DNA of 48,073 nt from Bacteroidia bacterium. GTDB lineage: Bacteria; Bacteroidota; Bacteroidia; AKYH767-A; OLB10. The translations under genes and the position numbers were made by a program. The notes beneath the pieces were generated by a model. It was not told where the DNA came from. It was given only the letters and a program-made list of their open reading frames with translations, and did not search any database. The stretch lies in NCBI GenBank assembly GCA_013001815.1, contig JABDLV010000141.1:1-48073 (forward strand), read 5' to 3'. How positions within the stretch are numbered: position 1 is the stretch's first letter; the number at the start of each line of letters is the position of its first letter. Positions 1-8,767 of this stretch are shown piece after piece.

Positions 1-48
1 ATTTTTGACGTTAATTTGACAATTAAATTAAACCAAAAAGCGGAGATA

Positions 49-1311
49 ATGAAAAGACTGATCGTAATTTCTCTTTCTGCACTTATGTTGGCTAGTTGTG
101 GTAATAGCAACAATGGACAATTAGTAGCTGTACAAAAGCGACAAAAATGGTTTCAACCAGACCCTTATGGTATGGTTTACATCCCCTCAGGTTCTTATAA
201 CATGGGTCCTAGTGACCAAGATGTTCCTTATGGCTTAACCAGCCAAAGTAGAACGGTTACTGTGCATGCCATGTATATGGATAACACCGAAATTACAAAT
301 AACGAATATCGTCAGTTTGTATATTGGGTTAGAGACTCCATTGCTCACAGATTATTAGGCGAAGACCATATAATAGAGGAAGGAGAATATGGTGAGCGTA
401 TTAATTGGAGAGAAAAAATTAAATGGGACGATGAGGATAATGTTGAAGTCTTAGATGAAATGTTTTTACCAGAGAGTGAACGGTATTATAAGCGTAAAGA
501 AATTGATACACGTAAACTTAACTTTGAATATTTCTGGATTGATTTAAAAGAAGCAGCTAAGAAAACGAACCGTGAACAAGGAAAAATCGATCGTTCTGTA
601 TTTATTAAGAGAGATGTAATTCCTGTATACCCGGATACATTAGCTTGGATTCACGACTATACATATGCGTTTAATGAGCCAATGACTAAAATGTATTTTT
701 GGCATCCTGCATATGATGATTATCCTGTTGTTGGAGTATCATGGAAACAAGCAAGATCTTTTTGCATCTGGAGAACCCAGTTATATTATGATTATTTGAG
801 AGAAACCGGCTCTGCCATTACCAATGAATTTAGATTACCTACAGAATCTGAGTGGGAATATGGTTCAAGAGGTGGCTTAGAAAACTCTCCTTACCCTTGG
901 GGTGGTCCTTATATTAGAAATAGCCGTGGTTGCTTCTTAGGTAACTTTAAACCAATGAGAGGTAATTATATTGATGATGGTGGTTTTTATACTGTTAAAG
1001 TAACTTCTTATTGGCCAAATGATTACGGTTTATATTGCATGGCAGGTAATGTTGCAGAATGGACCAGCAATGCATTTGATGAAAGCGCATATAATTTTAC
1101 ACATGATTTAAATCCTGATTATGAATACGAAGCAAAAGATTCAGACTTACCAGTTCTTAAGCGTAAAGTAATTAGAGGAGGATCATGGAAAGACATAGGA
1201 TATTATCTTCAAACAGGAACTCGTTCTTTTGAATACCAAGACACCGCCAAATGTTATGTTGGGTTCAGATGCGTTCAAAGTTTCTTAGGTAGAGATAAAT
1301 CTGACTTTTAA
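49..1311 (+). CDS. gldK: T9SS/gliding motility lipoprotein GldK (PorK), FGE-sulfatase (SUMF1) domain
   Basis: Lipobox LASC; FGE-type motifs TEITNNEYRQFV, YPVVGVSW, FRLPTESEWEY, GNVAEW, RGGSWKD, GFRCV; first gene of the K-L-M-N order. ATG at 49 preferred over the ORF-track start at 16. Confidence 0.95.
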   Translation: MKRLIVISLSALMLASCGNSNNGQLVAVQKRQKWFQPDPYGMVYIPSGSYNMGPSDQDVPYGLTSQSRTVTVHAMYMDNTEITNNEYRQFVYWVRDSIAHRLLGEDHIIEEGEYGERINWREKIKWDDEDNVEVLDEMFLPESERYYKRKEIDTRKLNFEYFWIDLKEAAKKTNREQGKIDRSVFIKRDVIPVYPDTLAWIHDYTYAFNEPMTKMYFWHPAYDDYPVVGVSWKQARSFCIWRTQLYYDYLRETGSAITNEFRLPTESEWEYGSRGGLENSPYPWGGPYIRNSRGCFLGNFKPMRGNYIDDGGFYTVKVTSYWPNDYGLYCMAGNVAEWTSNAFDESAYNFTHDLNPDYEYEAKDSDLPVLKRKVIRGGSWKDIGYYLQTGTRSFEYQDTAKCYVGFRCVQSFLGRDKSDF

Positions 1312-1371
1312 TCACTATATTTAATTTTAGAATTCAACTGATTGTTTAACTGAGAAAAAATTTTTAACACT

Positions 1372-2190
1372 ATGGGAATCGCACAAATAACACAAGGAAA
1401 GAAATTTAAAAACTTCATGGCCAAGCTCTATGGATGGGGTGCATCTATTGTACTTATCGGAGCCATGTTTAAAATACAACACTGGAAAGGTGCAGGTATC
1501 ATGCTTGTTGTAGGTCTTTCTGTTGAAGCTATAATTTTCTTTTTCTCTGCGTTTGAACCACCACATGAGGAAGTGGATTGGTCATTAGTATATCCTGAAT
1601 TAGCAGGTATTGATGAGCCGGGACAAGCAAAGAAAAAAATATCAACTGACCCTGTTGCACAGGAGTTAGACAAATTATTAGGTGAAGCTAATATTGGTCC
1701 GGACTTAATTCAAAGCTTAGGTTCAGGTCTTACATCATTAAGTGATAGCACTTCACAACTTTCTGATTTAACAGATGCAAACGTTGCTACAAAAGAGTAT
1801 GTAGATAACGTTAGTAATGCTTCTAAATCAATTTCTGAATTATCAAGTTCATATGCCAATGCATCTAATGCAATGGAAAACTTAAGCTCTGCTTCTGAAG
1901 ATGTTAAAATGTACAATGAACAAGTGCAAAACGCAGGTAAAAACTTAGCGGCATTAAATGCTGTTTATGAATTGCAATTGCAAGACACTAATGAGCACAT
2001 GAAAGAAACATCTCGTTTCTATGAAGGTATTAATGAGTTAATGGGCAACCTTCAATCTTCATTGGATGACACTAAACGTTATAAAACTGAAGTGGGTCAA
2101 TTGGCTAACAATCTTTCTAGTTTAAATACTGTTTACGGCAACATGTTAAGTGCAATGAACGTTAATGTTCCTGCAAACCAACCAGCGTAA
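1372..2190 (+). CDS. gldL: T9SS/gliding motor protein GldL (PorL)
   Basis: YGWGASIVLIGAMFKIQHW and VEAIIFFFSAFEP transmembrane motifs, DWSLVYPEL, C-terminal LNTVYGNMLSAM. Confidence 0.96.
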   Translation: MGIAQITQGKKFKNFMAKLYGWGASIVLIGAMFKIQHWKGAGIMLVVGLSVEAIIFFFSAFEPPHEEVDWSLVYPELAGIDEPGQAKKKISTDPVAQELDKLLGEANIGPDLIQSLGSGLTSLSDSTSQLSDLTDANVATKEYVDNVSNASKSISELSSSYANASNAMENLSSASEDVKMYNEQVQNAGKNLAALNAVYELQLQDTNEHMKETSRFYEGINELMGNLQSSLDDTKRYKTEVGQLANNLSSLNTVYGNMLSAMNVNVPANQPA

Positions 2191-2222
2191 ACTTTTCTAA
2201 CCAAAACTAAAACCAAAGAAAG

Positions 2223-3815
2223 ATGGCAGGAGGAAATTTATCACCACGACAAAAGATGATAGGCTTAATGTACTTAGTGCTTACCGCACTTTTGGCATTA
2301 AACGTATCTAAAGAAATCATAAATGCATTTGTAACCGTAAATGACAGCTTAGAAGCTTCTAACGCAAACATTGAGGTTAAAAACCAAAAGACCTATGCTG
2401 ATTTTGCAAAGGCTATGCAAAATGATGCAGAAAAAACGAAACCATTTAAAGCACAAGCTGATAAAATAAAAACCTTGAGCGACAACATGGTTAAATACAT
2501 TGAAAATGTTAAAACCGAATTAGTAAATCAAGTAGAAGGTGTAGACGAAGGTGGAGAAACACCGGCAATAGCTGATATTAAAAAGAAAGACGAATACGAT
2601 ACATCTACAAACTACTTATGCGGTGAAGATGTTGAGGGTAAAAGTGGAAAAGCTGCTGAATTAAAAACTGCTTTGGAAAAATTTAAAACAGAAGTAATTG
2701 CAGCGTTCGATTCTACTGATGACAAAAATAAATTTAAACCCATTTTACAAAGTTCAATTTTTACTGAAGATCCAGATCCGGAATCAAAGGCATATAAAAC
2801 TGAAGGTAAAAGAACATGGGAAATGAAAAACTTTTATCACAACCCGGTTGTTGCATGTGTTACACTGTTAACCAAAATGCAAACGGACGTAAGAAACATT
2901 GAGTCTGAAACAACCAACTATCTACTTTCATCTATTTCTGCAGCAGATTTTAAATTTGATGCATTACAAGCAAGAGTTATTGCCCCTACAAGTTATGTAA
3001 TGACAGGACAAACGTATGAAGCAGACGTTTTCTTAGCTGCGTTTAGTTCTACAGCAGACCCTGAAATAGTTGTTGGCGGGAACACATTACCAGTTGAAAA
3101 CGGTTTGGGTAAATTTACAGCTAGACCTTCTTCTCCTGGAGTTAAAAAATGGAACGGAGTAATTAAAGTTAAAAAGCCGGATAATACATTTGAAGATTAT
3201 CCATTTGAAGCAGAATATACGGCAGCATTACCAACCTCTGTTGTTTCACCTACAAGAATGAATGTATTTTATATTGGTGTAGATAATCCTGTTGCTATTT
3301 CAGTGCCAGGTGTTGCAAGCAATAACGTAAAACCATCTATTTCTGGTGGTGGCGGAACCTTAAGCCCAGATGGCAAAGGAGGTTTTATTTGTAAAGTAAA
3401 ACAACAAGGAATTGCAAAAGTTTCTGTTAATGCTGTTTTAGATGGCGGTACAAAAAACATGGGAACGCATGAGTTTCGTGTAAAAAGAGTACCAGATCCC
3501 GTTGCAAAAGTTGCAGGTAAAAAAGGCGGTAAAATTGCTAAAAGCGTATTGGCTGCTCAACCGGCTATTATTCCTGTAATGGAAAACTTTGACTTTGAAT
3601 TATATTTTAAAGTTACTGAGTTTGAAATGAGCAGGTTTGGTAAAGGTAGAGACCCAATTACTATCAGAACAAAAGGAAACAAACTTACGAGTGAAATGAA
3701 AAAAGTTATTTCATCTTCCAGATCAGGCGATAAAATTTATTTTGAATACATTAAAGCTGTTGGTCCGGATGGTGCTCCACGAAGATTAAGTAGTGTAAAC
3801 TTTGCGATACAGTAG
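2223..3815 (+). CDS. gldM: T9SS/gliding motor protein GldM (PorM)
   Basis: N-terminal SPRQKMIGLMYLVLTALLALNVS signature; MNVFYIGVDNP and FRVKRVPDP motifs. Confidence 0.96.
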   Translation: MAGGNLSPRQKMIGLMYLVLTALLALNVSKEIINAFVTVNDSLEASNANIEVKNQKTYADFAKAMQNDAEKTKPFKAQADKIKTLSDNMVKYIENVKTELVNQVEGVDEGGETPAIADIKKKDEYDTSTNYLCGEDVEGKSGKAAELKTALEKFKTEVIAAFDSTDDKNKFKPILQSSIFTEDPDPESKAYKTEGKRTWEMKNFYHNPVVACVTLLTKMQTDVRNIESETTNYLLSSISAADFKFDALQARVIAPTSYVMTGQTYEADVFLAAFSSTADPEIVVGGNTLPVENGLGKFTARPSSPGVKKWNGVIKVKKPDNTFEDYPFEAEYTAALPTSVVSPTRMNVFYIGVDNPVAISVPGVASNNVKPSISGGGGTLSPDGKGGFICKVKQQGIAKVSVNAVLDGGTKNMGTHEFRVKRVPDPVAKVAGKKGGKIAKSVLAAQPAIIPVMENFDFELYFKVTEFEMSRFGKGRDPITIRTKGNKLTSEMKKVISSSRSGDKIYFEYIKAVGPDGAPRRLSSVNFAIQ

Positions 3816-3840
3816 CTTTAAGCTCTAAAAAGGGGGAATT

Positions 3841-4695
3841 ATGAAAAAAATTATTTTATTCTTATTAGTTGTATGTTTTGTTGGCATAGACATTAACTCT
3901 GCACAAGCACAAAATGTATTAGATGGTGTTTATGTAAAAGAACATGCTCAATTTAGACGAGTAGTACCATTTGCTCATTTAAGAGAAGCAGATGTGATGT
4001 GGTCTAAAAGAATATGGAGAGTTATAGATTTAGATGAGAAATTGAATCTTCCTTTTAGATACCCTGCAAGTAAGAGTATGGCAGATAGAGCATCATTAAT
4101 TGATGTTATTATGGATGCTGTTGAAGAAGGTACTTTAACTGCATATAGCTCTATTGATGATGAATTTACATTGCAATTAACCAAAGATGAAATTGAAAAA
4201 GTTGGCGGTGCAGGTGTTGATTCTACTCAAATTACAGATCCAGACCCTCCTTACTTAACAAGAGATACTGTTATTAAAAGAGAATTTTCCAGAGATAAAG
4301 TAATTGCTTATCGTATTAAGGAAGATTGGTTTTTTGACAAGCAACGTTCTGTTATAGAAAGTAGACTAATTGGAATTGCTCCAATGATGTATGCCGAAGA
4401 TGACCAGGGAGAAATTAGAGAAGGAAACATTAGAATTCCACTGTTTTGGATATACTATCCTGAAGCAAGAAATATGTTGGTAAATGCAGAAGTGTATAAC
4501 AGAGGAAATGATGCAGAAAGAAGAACCTACGATGATGTATTTCAAAAAAGAATGTTCAATAGCTATATCTTTAAAGAATCTAATGTATTTGACAGAAGAA
4601 TTGAAGAATACAAAACAGGAATAGATGCTTTATTAGAAGCAGAAAGAATTAAGCACGAGATTATAAATCTTGAGCACGATTTATGGGAGTTTTAA
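3841..4695 (+). CDS. gldN: T9SS/gliding motility protein GldN (PorN)
   Basis: Signal peptide; READVMWSKRIWRVIDL, KEDWFFDKQRS, LFWIYYPE, C-terminal EHDLWEF. Confidence 0.95.
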   Translation: MKKIILFLLVVCFVGIDINSAQAQNVLDGVYVKEHAQFRRVVPFAHLREADVMWSKRIWRVIDLDEKLNLPFRYPASKSMADRASLIDVIMDAVEEGTLTAYSSIDDEFTLQLTKDEIEKVGGAGVDSTQITDPDPPYLTRDTVIKREFSRDKVIAYRIKEDWFFDKQRSVIESRLIGIAPMMYAEDDQGEIREGNIRIPLFWIYYPEARNMLVNAEVYNRGNDAERRTYDDVFQKRMFNSYIFKESNVFDRRIEEYKTGIDALLEAERIKHEIINLEHDLWEF

Positions 4696-4714
4696 TACCA
4701 GATAAAACATTTCC

Positions 4715-4749
4715 AGCCCCGGTTTATTTATTTAAATCGGGGTTTTTTT
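4715..4749 (+). terminator. Intrinsic terminator of gldKLMN
   Basis: AGCCCCGGTTTA / TAAATCGGGGTT stem (12 bp with two G-U pairs), 6-nt loop, followed by a T run, 19 nt after the gldN stop. Confidence 0.85.
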
Positions 4750-5155
4750 ATGGGTAATTGAAACGAACCGTTTGAATTAAATTGGGATGTACACTTTTTG
4801 CTACCGGACAATTGAGAGCTGCGGATTCTAATAATTGTTTTTGCTTATCATCCAATGTACTGTTGGCCACATTAATTTCAATTACCACCTCTCCTACCCT
4901 TCTTGGGTTCTGCTCCATTATTTTAGTTACGTCTATGGCAGTTCCATCAATAGATACGCTAAGGTCTCTGGCTTTTATTCCCATAATTGTTACCATGCAT
5001 GTACCTAGAGCTGCAGCCAAGGTATCTGTTGGAGAAAAAGCTTCTCCCTTGCCATTGTTATCTGTTGGAGCATCCGTCAGCAAAACGTTGCCGGATTTAA
5101 TATGGGTTGATTCGCAACGCAAATCGCCTTTATATGTAGTTGAAATTGTGGGCAT
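4748..5155 (-). CDS. OsmC/Ohr (YhfA-like) family protein
   Basis: TDAPTDNNGKGEAFSPTD, LGTCM and CPVAKS two-Cys motifs; ATG at 5155 preferred over 5197. Confidence 0.88.
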   Translation of the reverse strand: MPTISTTYKGDLRCESTHIKSGNVLLTDAPTDNNGKGEAFSPTDTLAAALGTCMVTIMGIKARDLSVSIDGTAIDVTKIMEQNPRRVGEVVIEINVANSTLDDKQKQLLESAALNCPVAKSVHPNLIQTVRFNYP

Positions 5156-5286
5156 TATATATAAAAATTGATTTTTATTAATCTCTAAAATAGGCAAACA
5201 TTAAGCCTTTTTACTGCGTTATTACATTAACACATATTGATTTTAGTAAATTACTCATCACTAAAGCATTATATTCAGCTAATTGT

Positions 5287-5294
5287 TAATTTTG
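5287..5294 (+). promoter_or_regulatory. Bacteroidota sigma-A -7 element (TAATTTTG)
   Basis: Exact TAnnTTTG match 4 nt upstream of the ATG at 5299. Confidence 0.6.
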
Positions 5295-5298
5295 TAGC

Positions 5299-6063
5299 AT
5301 GCAAAAGATTTTTCTTCTGAGTTTAGTTTTGGCTTTGTTTGCCGCTGATTTGTCGGCCCAAACTATTATTGATGAGAATGAAGACTATAAGCCTGTATTA
5401 TATAGAAATGAATACAGCTTTGGATTCATGTTGCATTCAAATGGCTGGGGTATAAACTTTAACAGAGGCAAACATATTACAGGATACAAAAAAAGAATGT
5501 TTGAGTTTGATTTCGTTGGAATGAAACACCCAAAGGAAGTGAAAACGCTTCAAAATGAAAACGCTAAGTCTTATGTGTATGGAAAACTAAATACATTTAG
5601 CATTCTAAGATCTTCCATAGGTGAACAAAAACTGTTGTACAGCAGAAATACAAGACAAGGTGTTGAAGTTCGATTGAATTATGCTGTAGGAGCTTCTTTC
5701 GGGATTACTAAACCGGTTTACTTAGAAATTCTTGTACCAATTGATAAAGTTCAACCTGTAGATACTTTTCCGAGTGCACGAATTGAAGTGCAAAAGTATG
5801 ATCCGGATGAACACTTCACCAATAATATAGTTGGACGTGCAAATTTCTTTAATGGAATTGATGAATTAGATTTGCATCCGGGATTGCATGGAAAATTAGC
5901 TATAAGCTTTGGTTATGGCTATTTAGATGATGATGTAAAGGCACTTGAAACAGGAATGACAATAGATTTGTATCCAAAAGATATTCCAATCATGGCCTTG
6001 ATTGATAATAATTCTGTTTATTTTAATTTTTACTTCAAATTATTGTACGGCCGAAAATGGTAG
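5299..6063 (+). CDS. Hypothetical exported protein, probable outer-membrane beta-barrel
   Basis: Signal peptide ending LSA-Q; alternating aromatic/hydrophobic strands; C-terminus YFNFYFKLLYGRKW. Confidence 0.7.
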   Translation: MQKIFLLSLVLALFAADLSAQTIIDENEDYKPVLYRNEYSFGFMLHSNGWGINFNRGKHITGYKKRMFEFDFVGMKHPKEVKTLQNENAKSYVYGKLNTFSILRSSIGEQKLLYSRNTRQGVEVRLNYAVGASFGITKPVYLEILVPIDKVQPVDTFPSARIEVQKYDPDEHFTNNIVGRANFFNGIDELDLHPGLHGKLAISFGYGYLDDDVKALETGMTIDLYPKDIPIMALIDNNSVYFNFYFKLLYGRKW

Positions 6064-6095
6064 GTAAACCTAACTACCATAATCACTAATTGTAT

Positions 6096-6971
6096 ATGTC
6101 AGAAAAGGAAACAATAACTCGGGAGAAACCTAATTATAAAAAACCTAGTTGGTTAAAAGTTAAATTACCAACAGGTAAAGAATATAAAAAGGTTAGAAGT
6201 CTTGTTAGTACTCACAAGTTGCATACCATTTGCGAAAGTGGCAACTGTCCGAATATGGGAGAATGTTGGGGTGCCGGTACAGCTACATTTATGATTCTCG
6301 GAAATATTTGTACACGCTCTTGTGGATTCTGCGCAGTAGCAACCGGTAGACCAAAAGCAGTTGACTTAGAAGAGCCTAAGCGCGTAGCAGATTCTGTTAA
6401 ACTGATGAGTGTAAAACACTGTGTAATTACTTCGGTAGACAGAGATGACTTAAAAGATGGAGGCGCAAATATTTGGGCTGAAACAATTAGAGAAGTTCGA
6501 AAAATATCACCTGGCACAACTATGGAAACCTTAATTCCTGACTTTAAAGGTGAAATGGAAAATTTACAAATTGTTATTGATGAAGCACCTGAAATTATTT
6601 CACATAATTTAGAAACGGTAAGAAGACTTACTAAACAAGTTCGCATACAAGCTAAATATGACAGAAGTCTTGATGTTTTGAAATACATTTCAAATGCAGG
6701 TATTAGAACAAAATCAGGAGTAATGCTTGGCTTAGGCGAAACCCATGATGAAGTTTTAGAAACAATGGATGATTTAATTAATTCAGGGGTTCATGTTTTA
6801 ACTCTGGGCCAATATTTACAACCCACCCCAAAACATTTAGTTGTTGAAGAGTTTATTACCCCAGAACTTTTTTCAGAGTACAAGGAAATAGGCTTAAAAA
6901 AAGGGTTTAAGTATGTAGAAAGCGGACCACTGGTGCGTTCATCATACCATGCAGAAAAACATTTAGCATAA
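6096..6971 (+). CDS. lipA: Lipoyl synthase
   Basis: [12 protein letters not shown] (CX4CX5C), CTRSCGFC radical-SAM motif, C-terminal VRSSYHA. Confidence 0.97.
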   Translation: MSEKETITREKPNYKKPSWLKVKLPTGKEYKKVRSLVSTHKLHTICESGNCPNMGECWGAGTATFMILGNICTRSCGFCAVATGRPKAVDLEEPKRVADSVKLMSVKHCVITSVDRDDLKDGGANIWAETIREVRKISPGTTMETLIPDFKGEMENLQIVIDEAPEIISHNLETVRRLTKQVRIQAKYDRSLDVLKYISNAGIRTKSGVMLGLGETHDEVLETMDDLINSGVHVLTLGQYLQPTPKHLVVEEFITPELFSEYKEIGLKKGFKYVESGPLVRSSYHAEKHLA

Positions 6972-6990
6972 TTTTTAATTATTCTTTAGA

Positions 6991-8007
6991 ATGGGTACTA
7001 CAAAAACAGCCATCAATGGCTTTGGAAGAATTGGCAGAGTTACTTTTAGAAATGCGATTAGTAAAAATAATGGCATAGATGTAGTAGCGATTAATGATTT
7101 AACTTCTACTGAAACACTAGCACATTTATTAAAGTATGATTCTGTTCACGGAAAATTTGACGGGGAAGTTTCAGCTAAGGCAAACGAACTAATTGTAAAT
7201 GGAAACCATATACCTGTTTACGCAGAACGCGATCCTGCTAGTTTAAATTGGAGCAAGCATGATGTTGACGTTGTGCTAGAATCTACCGGACTATTTAGAA
7301 CCGAAGAAACTGCTGGCAAGCACTTAGAAGCTGGTGCGAAAAAAGTAATCATAACAGCACCGGCAAAAGGAAACATAAAGTCAGTTGTATTGGGTGTTAA
7401 TGATTCCATTTTGGATGGAAGTGAAAAAATAATTAGCAATGCCTCTTGCACCACAAACAGTGTTGCACCAATGCTAAAAATTATATTGGATCATTGGGGA
7501 ATTGAAACAGCATTCATCACTACCATTCATGCATATACGGGAGATCAAAGATTGCATGATGCACCTCATAAAGATTTAAGAAGAGCAAGAGCTGCAGCTA
7601 ACTCAATCATTCCAACAACAACCGGTGCTGCTAAAGCAGTAACTAATATTTTTCCAAAACTAGATGGTAAAATTGGTGGAGCAGGAATCAGAGTTCCGGT
7701 AATTGACGGCTCACTAACAGACTTAACTATTTTCACAACAAGTCAGGTAACACCAGAAGAGATTAATAATAAATTCAAAAATGCTGCAAATGGTGAATTG
7801 AAAGGAATATTAGAATTTACTTCTGATCCAATTGTATCAACTGATATAATTGGAAATAGCCATTCTTGTATTTTTGATTCTCAATTAACCAGCGTGATTG
7901 GAAATATGATTAAAATAGTTGGCTGGTACGACAATGAAAATGGATATTCTTGCCGTTTAGTTGATTTGGTACAAAAAGTATCAAAAATGCAATCCGTTAC
8001 ACTGTAA
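6991..8007 (+). CDS. gap: Type I glyceraldehyde-3-phosphate dehydrogenase
   Basis: INGFGRIGR, catalytic ASCTTN, TTGAAKAV, WYDNE. Confidence 0.97.
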   Translation: MGTTKTAINGFGRIGRVTFRNAISKNNGIDVVAINDLTSTETLAHLLKYDSVHGKFDGEVSAKANELIVNGNHIPVYAERDPASLNWSKHDVDVVLESTGLFRTEETAGKHLEAGAKKVIITAPAKGNIKSVVLGVNDSILDGSEKIISNASCTTNSVAPMLKIILDHWGIETAFITTIHAYTGDQRLHDAPHKDLRRARAAANSIIPTTTGAAKAVTNIFPKLDGKIGGAGIRVPVIDGSLTDLTIFTTSQVTPEEINNKFKNAANGELKGILEFTSDPIVSTDIIGNSHSCIFDSQLTSVIGNMIKIVGWYDNENGYSCRLVDLVQKVSKMQSVTL

Positions 8008-8767
8008 CGATTTCTGTATTCTCTTTTAGAGAGTTTAACTCTAGCTTTTCTCCATCAAATACAGCATACGTGTAGAAGCTAATCCAATCACCCAAGTTTA
8101 TATAGGTCGAGCCTTGGCCCAAATTCTTGTTGATGGGTAGATGACGATGCCCAAAAACAAAATAATCAAAGTGTTCTTTTTTTAACATGTCTTTGCAATA
8201 GATGTATAACCACTCTTTGTCATCACCTAAATACTTTTCTTCAATTCCAGTTGCACCCCTACTCCTTCTGCTCCAATAATTAGCCAAACCTATTCCAAAA
8301 TTTGGATGTAATCTTGCAAACAGCCATTGGCAAATCTTATTAGCAAATACTTTTTTTATGAATTTATAACCTTGGTCTCCAGGTCCTAAACCATCGCCAT
8401 GTCCAATATAAAATTTCTTTCCTCCAATTTCTCTGGTAATGGGTTCGCGATAAAGTTTAACACCAATTTCTTTTGTTAAATAATCGAACGTCCACATATC
8501 GTGATTACCGGTAAAGTAATGAATGGGAATACCCGCATCTGCAATTTCTGCCAGTTTACCTAATATTCTAACATAGCCTCTTGGAACAACCGTTTTATAT
8601 TCAAACCAAAAATCAAAAACATCTCCCAGAATAAACAGCTCTTCTACATCAGGTAAAATACTATCCAGCCATTCAACAATTTTCATCTCGCGCTCTTTAC
8701 TGGCTTTTTCATTAGGTATTCCTAAATGAAAATCAGATAAAAAATATATTTTTCCTTTGCTAAGCAT
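7997..8767 (-). CDS. lpxH: UDP-2,3-diacylglucosamine diphosphatase (calcineurin-like metallophosphoesterase)
   Basis: SDFHLG, GDVFDFW, GNHD, HGDG, GHRH and NLGDW motifs. Confidence 0.85.
   Translation of the reverse strand: MLSKGKIYFLSDFHLGIPNEKASKEREMKIVEWLDSILPDVEELFILGDVFDFWFEYKTVVPRGYVRILGKLAEIADAGIPIHYFTGNHDMWTFDYLTKEIGVKLYREPITREIGGKKFYIGHGDGLGPGDQGYKFIKKVFANKICQWLFARLHPNFGIGLANYWSRRSRGATGIEEKYLGDDKEWLYIYCKDMLKKEHFDYFVFGHRHLPINKNLGQGSTYINLGDWISFYTYAVFDGEKLELNSLKENTEIVTV

Noticed and set aside
4782-5171. 129-aa plus-strand ORF, and similar antisense ORFs within gldL, gldM, lipA, the M1 peptidase and gatB
   Set aside because: Fully overlapped by recognisable genes on the opposite strand.
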